Assembly (NCBI GenBank): GCA_963667725.2
Contig: CAXXHO010000003.1
Coordinates: 1,600,001 to 1,664,000, forward strand
DNA from: Treponemataceae bacterium
GTDB taxonomy: Bacteria > Spirochaetota > Spirochaetia > Treponematales > Rectinemataceae
Length of the DNA: 64,000 nucleotides
Direction: 5' to 3'
Shown: one piece after another, positions 52,321 to 62,238 of the stretch
Layout of the letters: each line of letters starts with the position of its first letter
Numbering within the stretch: the first letter of the stretch is position 1
Notes under the pieces: model-generated
Database searches by the model: none
Told to the model about the DNA's origin: nothing
The model's input: the letters and a program-made list of their open reading frames with translations, nothing else
Translations under genes and position numbers: made by a program

Positions 52321-52498
52321 TTAATTCCTACTCAATAACAGTATTTTTTCTAGACACTTAATCCGCCAAACATTTTCGCTTAACCTTTAAGCTCGACCTG
52401 AGCGAACGCGAAGGTTTAGCGCGATTCTTGCACCACTTTACGTTGCCGCTCCTACTTTACTGAATCTCGCAAGAATCGTGACAAAGGGCTTATAAGGT

Positions 52499-52981
52499 TC
52501 AAGCGGGTGTTGGGTTTCTTCTTTTAAAATCTTTCAATTGTCTTATTATTCCAAGATGGAATGCACAATGAGCGATTATTGCTATACTTCCACCTAAGTA
52601 ATCTTCATTTTCCCATTTATCTATCTCTTCTACAAATTCCTTAAGATTCTTGTATTCTTCTTTTAATCGCTTCTTGAGTTCTTCCCATTCCTCTTTTCTA
52701 ACATCTTTTATCTTCCAACTTTCATTCCAATCTGTCTTCCCTGTTCTCTTCCCTGTTATATATTCCTTTAAAACTACTATATAAAAGATTACATGGTTTA
52801 CATGTCCAGCTATTGTTTCAGGTATCGCATGAAAGCTCTTTCCAACTTTTTCATACGGTATGGTATCAATTGTTTCAAATAGTGATGTATTTTTATCTAG
52901 GTATATTCCATGAGACCGTTCAAATGTTTCTTCAAGTACTTCAAGTATCTGTTTTTTAACAATGTCTTCTGTAATATTCAT
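52499..52981 (-). CDS. Cassette: DinB-like protein
   Basis: IAGHV.H...HCAFHLG.IRQ. Confidence 0.7.
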   Translation of the reverse strand: MNITEDIVKKQILEVLEETFERSHGIYLDKNTSLFETIDTIPYEKVGKSFHAIPETIAGHVNHVIFYIVVLKEYITGKRTGKTDWNESWKIKDVRKEEWEELKKRLKEEYKNLKEFVEEIDKWENEDYLGGSIAIIAHCAFHLGIIRQLKDFKRRNPTPA

Positions 52982-53176
52982 TCGCCTGCTCCTTTTATCG
53001 TTTATATACAATTCAAGAAGATTGCTTTTTATCTTCCTGTGCGGGAGCGTCAACCTAACATTGGCTTAACCCTTAACGCCAGCTCCTGAGCGAAGCGAGG
53101 GATTGGCGTGGTTTTTACGTCATCTTCTCGCAAAAACCATGACAAAAGGAGTTATAGGGTTGAAGCATGTGTTAGG

Positions 53177-53722
53177 TTATTCTTTCTTCATTATTGTTCT
53201 TTGTACCCATGTGATATTATTCTTCGAATAATCATCTTCAGAATATATATGCCATTCTCTCCATTCTTTTGTCTCTTCATAATCATTCTCTTTAATAAAT
53301 CTTGATAATGGTTTATATGATTTAGGTACAGACCAATTAGTACCCCATACTAGGATTCCTGCCACAACTGTTGATTTTACTTTTTCTATCTTTGCATTAG
53401 TCTCTACTTTTAATCCTTTCTCAATTTTGAATCCTACTTGAACAGTATACATTTTATTTTCAGGTAGATCTAAGAACCTTACTAATAATGCTGGTGTGTT
53501 TTCTGTATTAAAGATTCTTATATACTCTTCATATATTTTTGGAGTAATTCTCCGTACTGATCGTAGAGCATCATCTTCAAATATATTTGCTTCTTCATGA
53601 TAAAAGTAATTGAATCCAATAACTCTTTGAAGTTTTGGCTCACTAATAACACATTCAGGAATGGATATACCAGTTTTAAGATCTCTCATTTCCATAGCAG
53701 CCTCACAATTGATATTCAACAT
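53177..53722 (-). CDS. Cassette: GyrI-like small-molecule-binding protein
   Basis: Y..L..FIKEN.Y......E.. C-terminal pattern. Confidence 0.5.
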   Translation of the reverse strand: MLNINCEAAMEMRDLKTGISIPECVISEPKLQRVIGFNYFYHEEANIFEDDALRSVRRITPKIYEEYIRIFNTENTPALLVRFLDLPENKMYTVQVGFKIEKGLKVETNAKIEKVKSTVVAGILVWGTNWSVPKSYKPLSRFIKENDYEETKEWREWHIYSEDDYSKNNITWVQRTIMKKE

Positions 53723-54057
53723 ATTGTTATTAAATCTTACACTTTGGCGCGAAGCGTCAACCTAACATTTGTTTAACCTTTAAACCCGTCCCGAGCTACT
53801 GCGAGGGATTGGCGCGATTCTTGCAACACTCTAGTAAGCAGTAACATTCTAATGTGATATGCAAGAAGCGTGACAATAGGGTTTATAAGGTTGAAACGTT
53901 TGTTAGAATTTTCACCCCAAAGAGCACTTCTTTCTTCTCTTCTCTTTTACTAATCTACTTTCTTCTCTTCGCCGTTTTTTATGTGGATAAACCACGCGAG
54001 AATAAGGGAAAGACGCGCCGCTTCTCTTCCCTTTTCGAGCATCTATTCACTCAATAA

Positions 54058-54570
54058 TTCTAACAATATTTTGATTGTTCCAGATAAATCCTAATTGCTG
54101 AGAATTGCTTTTCTTAGTAATGCCATAAAAAATTAGTCCTAAAGAGTAAATAGTTATCAAGTAAAGGAATGAAAAAGTATTTTTGTACAAAAATACTTTT
54201 TATAAAGTTTGGCATATTTCTAATTACAAATAGTAGATTTATTGCAATAATACCTTTATAGCATGGCAGGCGATCATGCTTCTAAACCTTACCCTAACGA
54301 ATATCTCAAGTAATGCCTTTCCCTTACAGCCTTTCCAGACTGTAAGGGAAAGAGGAAGGATAGCATCAAATGAGTGTACCCTTCGCCGAAACAGAATGAA
54401 TACGCTCCAGTAACTTTCCTAAACCCTTGCTATGTATGTCTTTTTGTCATGATAAAGTGCTTACCTGAAAAGTCAATCTGAAAACATTATTTTCTTTTAG
54501 AATAGTTCTAAATATTTCTCTTTTAAATCACTATATAATACTAGATTAGTAACCATTAAGCGAGCCAAGT
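54058..54570 (-). promoter_or_regulatory. attI/Pc-like platform 2
   Basis: GTTAGAA core at the array head; TTGACT-N16-TATCAT at 54449-54476; homologous to 41042-41555. Confidence 0.6.
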
Positions 54571-54596
54571 CTCATGTACAGAACAGTGCAGTGTGT

Positions 54597-54980
54597 TCAG
54601 AGATTCTCTGCGTTATAAATTGTATATTTTTTCCTCCCATTTGACTTGACGGGTTTTGATTGGCTTTCATAGCGCTCCACCTGATCCTTCCATGTCCTGA
54701 TCACCGCTTCTGGTGTATCCGGCCTTAACCAGGCTTGAAACGCTTCTCCTGCATCTTTCATGCTTTCCATAAACTGATCCTGCAGTTCATAGAAGATCCG
54801 ATGCATCTCCGCGGTACTAGCTTCCGTCTTTCGATAGATATTGATCTTCGATTCCGCTTTCTCAAGGGCATCCAATATCAGCTTGGCATCTTTAAGGTTT
54901 ATGACGTGATACCCATTCCCTGACTGTTCCTTGATTTCCTGTCTCACTGCTTCAAGCTTTGCCTTCTCTTCGTCATTCAT
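54597..54980 (-). CDS. Hypothetical protein
   Basis: AAGGAG RBS; coupled to the methyltransferase gene. Confidence 0.55.
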   Translation of the reverse strand: MNDEEKAKLEAVRQEIKEQSGNGYHVINLKDAKLILDALEKAESKINIYRKTEASTAEMHRIFYELQDQFMESMKDAGEAFQAWLRPDTPEAVIRTWKDQVERYESQSKPVKSNGRKKYTIYNAENL

Positions 54981-55737
54981 CGGTAGTCTCCTTTTCTCTA
55001 TACTTCTTCAGCCGATCAAGTGCGAGCTCATGATACGACGCTTCCTTTTCAAAGCCGATAAAATGCCTTTCTTCAGCCATGGCCGCAATCGCTGTTGTCC
55101 CCGACCCCATGAAAGGGTCAAAGACGACTTCCCCTGGATTAGAGTATGTCCGGACGAGGTACCGGAAGAGTGCAACGGGTTTCTGGGTAGGATGTCTCCC
55201 CGCTCCCCCACCCTCCTTGTTGAAAGGAAGGATGCTCGTCGGATACTTCCCTTCATGCTCGTAGGCGATCTTCCATGTCTTTTTGTAGACTCCCCTTGTC
55301 GAATGCTCCTGCCCTTTGAGCTGCCTGGCCACATGAGAGGCATCCTTCTTCATCTGGGGGTTATATACCGGAAGTCTTCTATAGAACACGAGAATGAGTT
55401 CGTGCTGTCGCATCGGCATTTTATGGGAGTTTAGGAATCCGACGGGGTTTGATTTCACCCAGACCAGGTCATAGCGGAACCATTTTCTATTGGAGTTGAT
55501 CAGATCCGTGGCGAAAGGCTGTGTTGCGGTGATCACCGCGGCGCCGTTAGGTTTCAGAATCCGGAGGAACTCGGTCCACATGAATCCTAAGTCTGGCCGT
55601 TTGTCCCAGGCGCAGTCCGTGACCCCATAAGGGGGATCCGTGAGAACGAGGTCGATTGAACCATCGGGGATCCGTTTGATCCCAACCTCATAGGGAGCTA
55701 GTAAGATTTTGTCGAGCAAAGTTGAGGAAGTCGGCAT
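54973..55737 (-). CDS. Orphan DNA methyltransferase (N6A/N4C, beta class)
   Basis: TDPPYG, HPTQKP, DPFMGSGT. Confidence 0.9.
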   Translation of the reverse strand: MPTSSTLLDKILLAPYEVGIKRIPDGSIDLVLTDPPYGVTDCAWDKRPDLGFMWTEFLRILKPNGAAVITATQPFATDLINSNRKWFRYDLVWVKSNPVGFLNSHKMPMRQHELILVFYRRLPVYNPQMKKDASHVARQLKGQEHSTRGVYKKTWKIAYEHEGKYPTSILPFNKEGGGAGRHPTQKPVALFRYLVRTYSNPGEVVFDPFMGSGTTAIAAMAEERHFIGFEKEASYHELALDRLKKYREKETTDE

Positions 55738-56109
55738 TGAGGCAGTGTAATATTCTACTACACATTTGTAAAGTAATATTGATTCATCGATAGCTTCATA
55801 AGTGCACATTAAAGGTTAGCTCTGGAGCTTACGATTCCTAGAATGATCTTTAGCAGCCCCATAGTGGTGTACTCTCAGGCGAGCATGACCGGTTAAAATG
55901 AAGTACTTGGGATAGGCTATATGCAACCTGGCTTTTGACCAGGAGGCTCTAGGGTGATTTGACAATACTTACCGTATTGTCAAATTGCAAATAAAACATG
56001 TACCCCATGGAGTACATCATATTTTCTCATCATGTGATTCTGTAAGATTGCCGATTCATTTTACCCAATAAACACAGGGGTATTATAAATCGTGTGTGTA
56101 TATTTCCCC

Positions 56110-56153
56110 GTTCGGGACCAAGATGTCGGAGGTTCAAATCCTCTCAGCCCGAT
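56110..56153 (+). repeat. attR core (duplicated 3' part of tRNA-Pro)
   Basis: 44-bp identity to 16332-16375. Confidence 0.95.
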
Positions 56154-56191
56154 AAAAGAAAAGCCGCCTTTACGGGCGGCTTTTCTTTTTT
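56154..56191 (+). terminator. Original tRNA-Pro terminator (bidirectional-looking)
   Basis: AAAAGAAAAGCCGCC-TTTACG-GGCGGCTTTTCTTTT. Confidence 0.85.
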
Positions 56192-56215
56192 GTAGGCGTT
56201 CTCGCATCGGCTTGA

Positions 56216-57121
56216 TCAGTAATATGAAGACATAGCTCTATAATCGTATTGTATCGCCGAATGGCCAGAATACTGGTCGCCATCGGTCGTATAGACCCTA
56301 CAGTGCCGGATAGAATTCAGCGCCGTCGCGCCGACGGCATTCCCGTTGCTGTCGAAGATATCACTTCCGCTTAAGGCTATTGTATTCTGGGAATCGGGAG
56401 CGTTCTGGAAAGAACCTGACGAGAATTTCGTCGAGCTCAATTCGGTTAGCTGGTTAAAAAAATAAACGGATCGACCTATATAGTCGCCGTTGGCGTCGTA
56501 GAACCAAATCCAGCCATTCCGGACGTTGCTGCCTTTCACGGTGAAGGTGGTCAGAAGCTGTCCGCCTGAAAGCGCGAGGCTGTCGACGATTGGCCGCATG
56601 ATAGCTGGAGTGGAGAAAGCGGGGATTGAGGCTGTGGCTTCATCATCAAGACAATAGACATAAGAGTACCCTCCTGTGGATGTAGAGCCAGGTTTTCCCA
56701 TTATGAAGCTATAGGTGTCGCTTTCCCCATTGGTACGCAGTATCTTCGCGGTGAGCGCGCCGATCGGCAGTTCCTTGGGGTTAGCGCCGTACCAGTAACG
56801 AGCCGATCCCCCGACGCTATTAGTGTCCGCATGGAAGTATCTATCTTTATCAATCGTCCAATATAAGTCGGAATTGTCGGGCAGGTAAATCCTTACATAT
56901 TCGATGTCGGACGCGCTAAGGTCTTCCTTAAAAAATACCTCGAAACTATAGGTGAGCGACGGCTTTACATCGCTCCCTGCCGCCCAACGATCGCTTGCCA
57001 CGTTCTCAATGAACCAGCCAACGTCCTCAATCGTCACTGTTTTAGTGCCACCGATGATCAAGGAACAAGAGTACTGCATGAGCAGTCCAACAAGGCATAC
57101 CAACAATGTCAATTTTTTCAC
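56216..57121 (-). CDS. Hypothetical lipoprotein
   Basis: MKKL + hydrophobic stretch + YSC lipobox-like motif. Confidence 0.65.
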   Translation of the reverse strand: MKKLTLLVCLVGLLMQYSCSLIIGGTKTVTIEDVGWFIENVASDRWAAGSDVKPSLTYSFEVFFKEDLSASDIEYVRIYLPDNSDLYWTIDKDRYFHADTNSVGGSARYWYGANPKELPIGALTAKILRTNGESDTYSFIMGKPGSTSTGGYSYVYCLDDEATASIPAFSTPAIMRPIVDSLALSGGQLLTTFTVKGSNVRNGWIWFYDANGDYIGRSVYFFNQLTELSSTKFSSGSFQNAPDSQNTIALSGSDIFDSNGNAVGATALNSIRHCRVYTTDGDQYSGHSAIQYDYRAMSSYY

Positions 57122-57388
57122 AGAACCCTCCAGCCGCGGCTTTTTTATTCTATTTTTTTACGATCAAACATAGTATATTCCCTGATCGCGGTCCTAGGAA
57201 GTCAAGAATATAGCCAATTATAAAAACAATTGGACAGGCAATGAAAACGTGGCACACAAAGGTTTAGCTGTTTCACGGCGCAAAGGAAACCAGGCAAGAA
57301 AAGCTAGCTTTACCAAGATTTATGCAATAGACTATTAATAGCGATCTTTAGAAAACCTGGGTTTTATTGATCATCGGTAAGCATCGGG

Positions 57389-60085
57389 GTGAAGATAATG
57401 GGCAAAACGCTGCGGGTACTGAACATCGAAGATTCCGACAATGACGCGATTCTCACAAAGCATGCGCTGGAGAAGGGCGGTTATACGCTGGAATTCGAAA
57501 GGGTGAATACAGCCGAAGCCATGCAGGCCGCCCTGGGGACGAAGTATTGGGATCTCGTGCTTTCCGACTATCATCTTCCCCATTTCAGCGGCCTTCAGGC
57601 CATCGAGATACTGAAAAAAATGAATCTGGATCTCCCTTTCATCATCGTCTCAGGAGCCATAGGCGAAGAGACGGCGGTAGGAGCCATGAAAGCCGGAGCC
57701 CACGACTACATCATGAAGGGGCATCTTCAGCGCCTCGTGCCGGCGGTGGAGAGAGAGCTCCTGGAAGCGAGTGTCAGAGAGGAGCACAGAATCACCCTGG
57801 AGGAGCTCAAGGCCAATAAGGCGCAACTTTCCAACGCCCTGGAAATCGCTCATCTTGGCCACTGGGAATACGACGTTTCCAGGGACATTTTCACTTTCAA
57901 CGACCAATTCTACAAGCTTTTCAAGACCACGGCGGAAAATGTTGGCGGCTATACGATGAGTTCAGGGGAATACGCAAAGCGCTTCGTACATCCGGACGAC
58001 ATAGAAATCGTCACGCAGGAAACGCAAAGAGCCATTGAAACGAAAGATCCGAATTTCAGTAGACAGATCGAACACCGCATCCTGTACGAAGACGGGACGA
58101 TAGGCGATATCGCAGTACGCTTCTATATCATCAAGGACGAGCATGGGATTACGCTCAAGACATACGGCGTGAATCAGGACATCTCGGAAAGCAAAAAGGT
58201 TGAGCGCTCTCTCCGGGAAAGCGAAAGGAAATACCGTCTCATCACCGAGACTATCGCCGATGTTGTGTGGACCTGTGACCTTGATTTCAAGGTTACTTAT
58301 ATAAGCTCTTCTGCGGAAAAAATGTACGGAGAGCCCGTCAAGGTTCAGAAAAATCGTACCGCGGATGAGAGGTTCCCTCCCGAATCGCTCAAACAGCTAC
58401 GCGAAGTATTGTCCGAAGAACTTGAAAAAGAAACCGATGACTCGATCGATAAAAACAGATCACGGCTAATGGAAGTGCAGGGTTGCCGCGCTAACGGCAC
58501 GAAATTTTGGGTTTCCATGAATGTATCATTCCTTAGGGACGAGTGTGGAAAGGTTATTGGATTGCACGGAGTATCCCGCGATATCTCCGAACGCAAACGA
58601 AATGAGGATGAAATTCTTCGCAACGAGGCCAGACTGGAAGGCTTACTGAGGATCGCCCAACACAAGGCAGCTTCGATTCAGGAACTTCTCGATTACGCCC
58701 TTGAGGAAGCGATTCAACTAACCGACAGCAAGCTTGGCTATATTTATTTCTATGATGATGAAAGCAAGGAATTTACCCTCAACACATGGTCTAAAGAAGT
58801 CATGGATGAATGCAATATACCCAATGCTCCTAGAACCTACCGGCTGGAAATGACGGGGATTTGGGGCGAAGCGGTAAGGCAGGCTAAACCTATCATCCTC
58901 AATGATTTCCAATCTCCGCATCCTTTGAAAAAGGGGTACCCGGATGGACATGCGCGGATCTACAAATACTTAACCGTTCCGATCTTCTCGGGCGAGAAGA
59001 TCGTGGCGGTGGCCGGTGTGGCGAACAAAGCGGAGGACTACAACATCTCAGACGTCAGGCAGTTAACCTTGCTGATGGACTCGATATGGAGAATCCTCGA
59101 GGCAAAACGATTGACAGAGGCTCTGCTCAAGACTGAGGGAAAGTACCGAAGCATCTTCGACAATGCGCAGGAAGGCATTTTTCAGACGAATAAAGAAGGC
59201 AGATTTCTCACCGCGAACAAGGCGATGGCGACCATGGTCGGCTATACGTCTCCCGAGGATCTCATCGTCAATATCAAAAATATCGTATCGGAAATGTATG
59301 TCGTTCCCGCCGATCGATTCCGTTTATTGAAGGAGATCGATGAACAAAATTTCGTTAAGGGATATATCTGTCAGTATTATCGCCGGGACAGAAGCATCAT
59401 TTGGGTATCGATAGACCAGCACGCCGTCCGGGACAGCAAGGGGAATATTCTCCATTACGAGGGCTTCTGCGAAGATATCACCGAGCGACAATTGAGCACC
59501 GAGCGCCTGCGGAAGGCGTTGGGAGCCACGGTCTCCGCAATCTCCGCCGCCGTCGAAGCCAGGGATCCTTATACGGCGGGGCATCAGAGCCGGGCGGCTA
59601 GCCTGGCTCAAGCGATCGGCGCGGAGATAGGTTTATCCGCCGATCGTATTGAGGGAATTCGCCTGGCCGCATCCATTCACGATCTCGGAAAACTGTCCGT
59701 TCCAGCCGAAATTCTGACAAAACCCAAAAAATTGCTAAAGATAGAGTCCGATCTCATCAAGATTCATTCCCAAGCCGGGTATGACATTCTTAAGGATATC
59801 GAGTTCCCGTGGCCGATCGCGCGTATCGTCCTGGAACATCATGAGCGTATGGATGGATCAGGTTATCCGCACAATCTGGCGGGGGATCAAATACTGCTGG
59901 AGTCCCGGATCGTGGCAGTCGCCGATGTCGTTGAGTCGATGGCTACCTATCGTCCTTATCGACCGGCCTTGGGAATTGAGGCGGCTCTCGATGAGATCGA
60001 CAAGAATAAGGGGCTCCTCTATGACAGGGATGTCGTGGAAGGTTGCCTGCGATTATTCCGCGAGAAAAGGTACAGTCTCGCATAA
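57389..60085 (+). CDS. REC-PAS-PAS-GAF-PAS-HD-GYP signalling protein
   Basis: Receiver domain (ED, SDY.LP), PAS/PAC repeats, GAF, HDLGK, HHERMDGSGYP. Confidence 0.9.
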   Translation: MKIMGKTLRVLNIEDSDNDAILTKHALEKGGYTLEFERVNTAEAMQAALGTKYWDLVLSDYHLPHFSGLQAIEILKKMNLDLPFIIVSGAIGEETAVGAMKAGAHDYIMKGHLQRLVPAVERELLEASVREEHRITLEELKANKAQLSNALEIAHLGHWEYDVSRDIFTFNDQFYKLFKTTAENVGGYTMSSGEYAKRFVHPDDIEIVTQETQRAIETKDPNFSRQIEHRILYEDGTIGDIAVRFYIIKDEHGITLKTYGVNQDISESKKVERSLRESERKYRLITETIADVVWTCDLDFKVTYISSSAEKMYGEPVKVQKNRTADERFPPESLKQLREVLSEELEKETDDSIDKNRSRLMEVQGCRANGTKFWVSMNVSFLRDECGKVIGLHGVSRDISERKRNEDEILRNEARLEGLLRIAQHKAASIQELLDYALEEAIQLTDSKLGYIYFYDDESKEFTLNTWSKEVMDECNIPNAPRTYRLEMTGIWGEAVRQAKPIILNDFQSPHPLKKGYPDGHARIYKYLTVPIFSGEKIVAVAGVANKAEDYNISDVRQLTLLMDSIWRILEAKRLTEALLKTEGKYRSIFDNAQEGIFQTNKEGRFLTANKAMATMVGYTSPEDLIVNIKNIVSEMYVVPADRFRLLKEIDEQNFVKGYICQYYRRDRSIIWVSIDQHAVRDSKGNILHYEGFCEDITERQLSTERLRKALGATVSAISAAVEARDPYTAGHQSRAASLAQAIGAEIGLSADRIEGIRLAASIHDLGKLSVPAEILTKPKKLLKIESDLIKIHSQAGYDILKDIEFPWPIARIVLEHHERMDGSGYPHNLAGDQILLESRIVAVADVVESMATYRPYRPALGIEAALDEIDKNKGLLYDRDVVEGCLRLFREKRYSLA

Positions 60086-60182
60086 ATAGGCTTTTGCCAT
60101 GATGACGGGGCAGGGTTCGCTTTCAGGAAAATGTGAACTGATCCGGATTGCTAAGTTCAAGGTGAAGCAATAATCCCCTCAG

Positions 60183-61346
60183 CTAAATCTGGCATGCCTT
60201 TTTCGGAAGTCCGATAGCGAGTATCACCGCGGCGGCGAGCGAAAGGAAAGCGCCCAACGCGAACGGAACCACAGGACCAAATATATTCCACAAGAAACCA
60301 GCGATCACGCTCGCGGGAAGCAGCGCGATTCCGACGATCGTAGAATGAAGGCCGAGCACGGTGCCCTTAAGTTCCTTGGGCGCGATCTCAGCTATGAAGG
60401 CGCGTTCGACGCCGGCCGTCATGGCGGTGAAGACTCCGTACAAGGCGAAAGCCGCGACGATGACCGCTTTACCTGTGGCCCAGGCAAAGCCTGCGTACAC
60501 GATCGCGAATGTCACATACCCGGCGACCAGCACCCATTTTCTCCCGACGCGGTCGGATATCCTGCCGAGCGGTATGGAAAGAAGGGAGGTGACGATGTTG
60601 TACAGGAAATACAGCAGCACCACCGTGGCCGAATCGAACCCCATGTTTTTTGCCCGCAGGAGCAGGAAGGTGTTCGAGGAATTGCCGAGGGTAAAGATGA
60701 ACACGACAACCAGATAGAGTTTCAGGCGCGAATCGAGATTCCGGAGACTGCTAAAGACGTTGAGCGGCGCCTTTGACTCGCGCGGTTTGTGCGTCTCCTT
60801 GATGAATATGAACATGAAGAGGGCGGCGAGCGTCGGAATGGCCGAAAGCAGGAAAATTCGCTTGTACGCGAATTCGCCGTTGCCGGTCTTCATTATGAAA
60901 AACGCGAGGAGAATGCCCGCCGCGGATCCGGCCATGTCGAGAGCCTTATGAAGGCCAAACGAGTGCCCAAGCTTTTTCGAATCGCTGCTCTCGCTGACAA
61001 GCACATCGCGCGGTGCCGTCCTGATGCCTTTTCCGAAGCGATCGATGACCCGCGCGGCAAGCACGCCCACCCAGGAACTGGCGAAAATGAGGGCCAGCTT
61101 ATATATAAGTCCCGTGGAATAGCCGAAGAAGGCGATGGGCTTTTTCTTCCGGTATTTATCCGTGGCGTAGCCGCTGAATACCTTGAGGAGGCTCGCGAGG
61201 CTTTCGGCGATTCCCTCGATCACGCCGACGAGAGCGGGCGTGGCGCCGAATACGGTCGTCAGATACATGGGAATGAGGGGATAGACCATCTCGGTGCTCA
61301 GATCGGCGAAAAAGCTGACAAGCCCAATAAATATTACGTTGTTCAT
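60183..61346 (-). CDS. MFS transporter
   Basis: DRFGKGIRTAPRD, GRISDRVGRK, about 12 TM helices. Confidence 0.9.
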   Translation of the reverse strand: MNNVIFIGLVSFFADLSTEMVYPLIPMYLTTVFGATPALVGVIEGIAESLASLLKVFSGYATDKYRKKKPIAFFGYSTGLIYKLALIFASSWVGVLAARVIDRFGKGIRTAPRDVLVSESSDSKKLGHSFGLHKALDMAGSAAGILLAFFIMKTGNGEFAYKRIFLLSAIPTLAALFMFIFIKETHKPRESKAPLNVFSSLRNLDSRLKLYLVVVFIFTLGNSSNTFLLLRAKNMGFDSATVVLLYFLYNIVTSLLSIPLGRISDRVGRKWVLVAGYVTFAIVYAGFAWATGKAVIVAAFALYGVFTAMTAGVERAFIAEIAPKELKGTVLGLHSTIVGIALLPASVIAGFLWNIFGPVVPFALGAFLSLAAAVILAIGLPKKACQI

Positions 61347-61348
61347 CG

Positions 61349-62119
61349 TTAGGTCAACCTTTCGGGTACAGTATAGACGATAGGCGACGCGGCGCCGATC
61401 CTTCCGACGAGGGTCAGTCTCTTGTCGACCGCGAGCGAAAACGCAGCCGTCGTGGGAATGCTTCGCGAAACCACGAGGGGAATGCCCGCAGCGACAGCCT
61501 TGGCCGCCATGTCCGCGGCGATGCGGCCGGAACTGATGAGGCAGCATCGCGAAAAATCCACTTTTTCTCGGAGGCCGCGGCCTATGGCTTTGTCAACGGC
61601 GTTGTGTCGGCCAACGTCTTCAAAGACGAAGACGGACCCATCCTCGGGGACGAGAGCGGCGCAGTGTATGCCGCCTGTCGTTTTGTAGAGCCTGGCCTGG
61701 TCGAACATCTCCCGGGCCCAATCGCGCAGGGATGCCATGGCGAAGATCCGCGATGAAGAAAGACGGGCGAGCCTATCGCTATAGATAATCGAAGCCGAAC
61801 CCGCGCCGCAGGCCGAGGGAACGACGGCAAAGCCAGTCTCGCGGGCGATATCATGGGTACATTTGATGTGCACGCGCGAATTATCGGGACAAACCCACAG
61901 ACTCAAGACTTCGTCCATGGAAGCTATGAGTCCGCCGCTGAAAAGGTGGCCCAAGGCGAGAACCTCCAGATCGAAGGGACTGCACATTAGCGTAACAAGG
62001 TCTCTTCCATTTACCTCGAGGGTGACGGCGCTTTCCGGAGCCAGGAGGCGATTTCTGGAATCGGGAAACGAATCGATGTCCGAAGTCGATGAAACGTCCA
62101 TATAGCGGCTTGCGTCCAT
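61349..62119 (-). CDS. fdhD: Formate dehydrogenase accessory sulfurtransferase
   Basis: TGGIHCA, EDVGRHNAVDKAIG, SGRI. Confidence 0.9.
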   Translation of the reverse strand: MDASRYMDVSSTSDIDSFPDSRNRLLAPESAVTLEVNGRDLVTLMCSPFDLEVLALGHLFSGGLIASMDEVLSLWVCPDNSRVHIKCTHDIARETGFAVVPSACGAGSASIIYSDRLARLSSSRIFAMASLRDWAREMFDQARLYKTTGGIHCAALVPEDGSVFVFEDVGRHNAVDKAIGRGLREKVDFSRCCLISSGRIAADMAAKAVAAGIPLVVSRSIPTTAAFSLAVDKRLTLVGRIGAASPIVYTVPERLT

Positions 62120-62238
62120 TCGGCAATCCTCCCTGGGTCGCGAGGCATAGTATAGCCTCCCTGGATGAGGCCGAACAGTTCTCTCCCAAGCGTCACGAAG
62201 CCCTGAAGGATCTATGACGCATGGAAACACGCTCAGCC

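Larger units (their letters stand above)
42736..54085 (-). mobile_element. Integron-type gene cassette array 2 (no intI seen)
   Basis: attC sites at ~43630-43788, 45031-45155, 46192-46309, 46866-47020, 47647-47761, 48800-48931, 51302-51419, 52365-52515, 53053-53177, 53760-53908. Confidence 0.88.
16332..56153. mobile_element. Integrative prophage-like element (~39.8 kb) in tRNA-Pro; no recognisable virion genes
   Basis: 44-bp direct repeat at both ends; adjacent tyrosine integrase; repressor/xis/ParB/rep module; composition shift relative to flanks. Confidence 0.92.

Noticed and set aside
35341..53908. Repeats as a CRISPR array or REP elements
   Set aside because: The repeats are long, variable and separated by whole genes, with attC-type ends; there are no constant-length spacers
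54300..54420. Lysine or c-di-GMP riboswitch in the conserved leader (GCCGAA motif)
   Set aside because: The other conserved elements of those riboswitches were not found in the right order
56110..56153. A second tRNA-Pro gene
   Set aside because: Only the 3' part is present; it is attR
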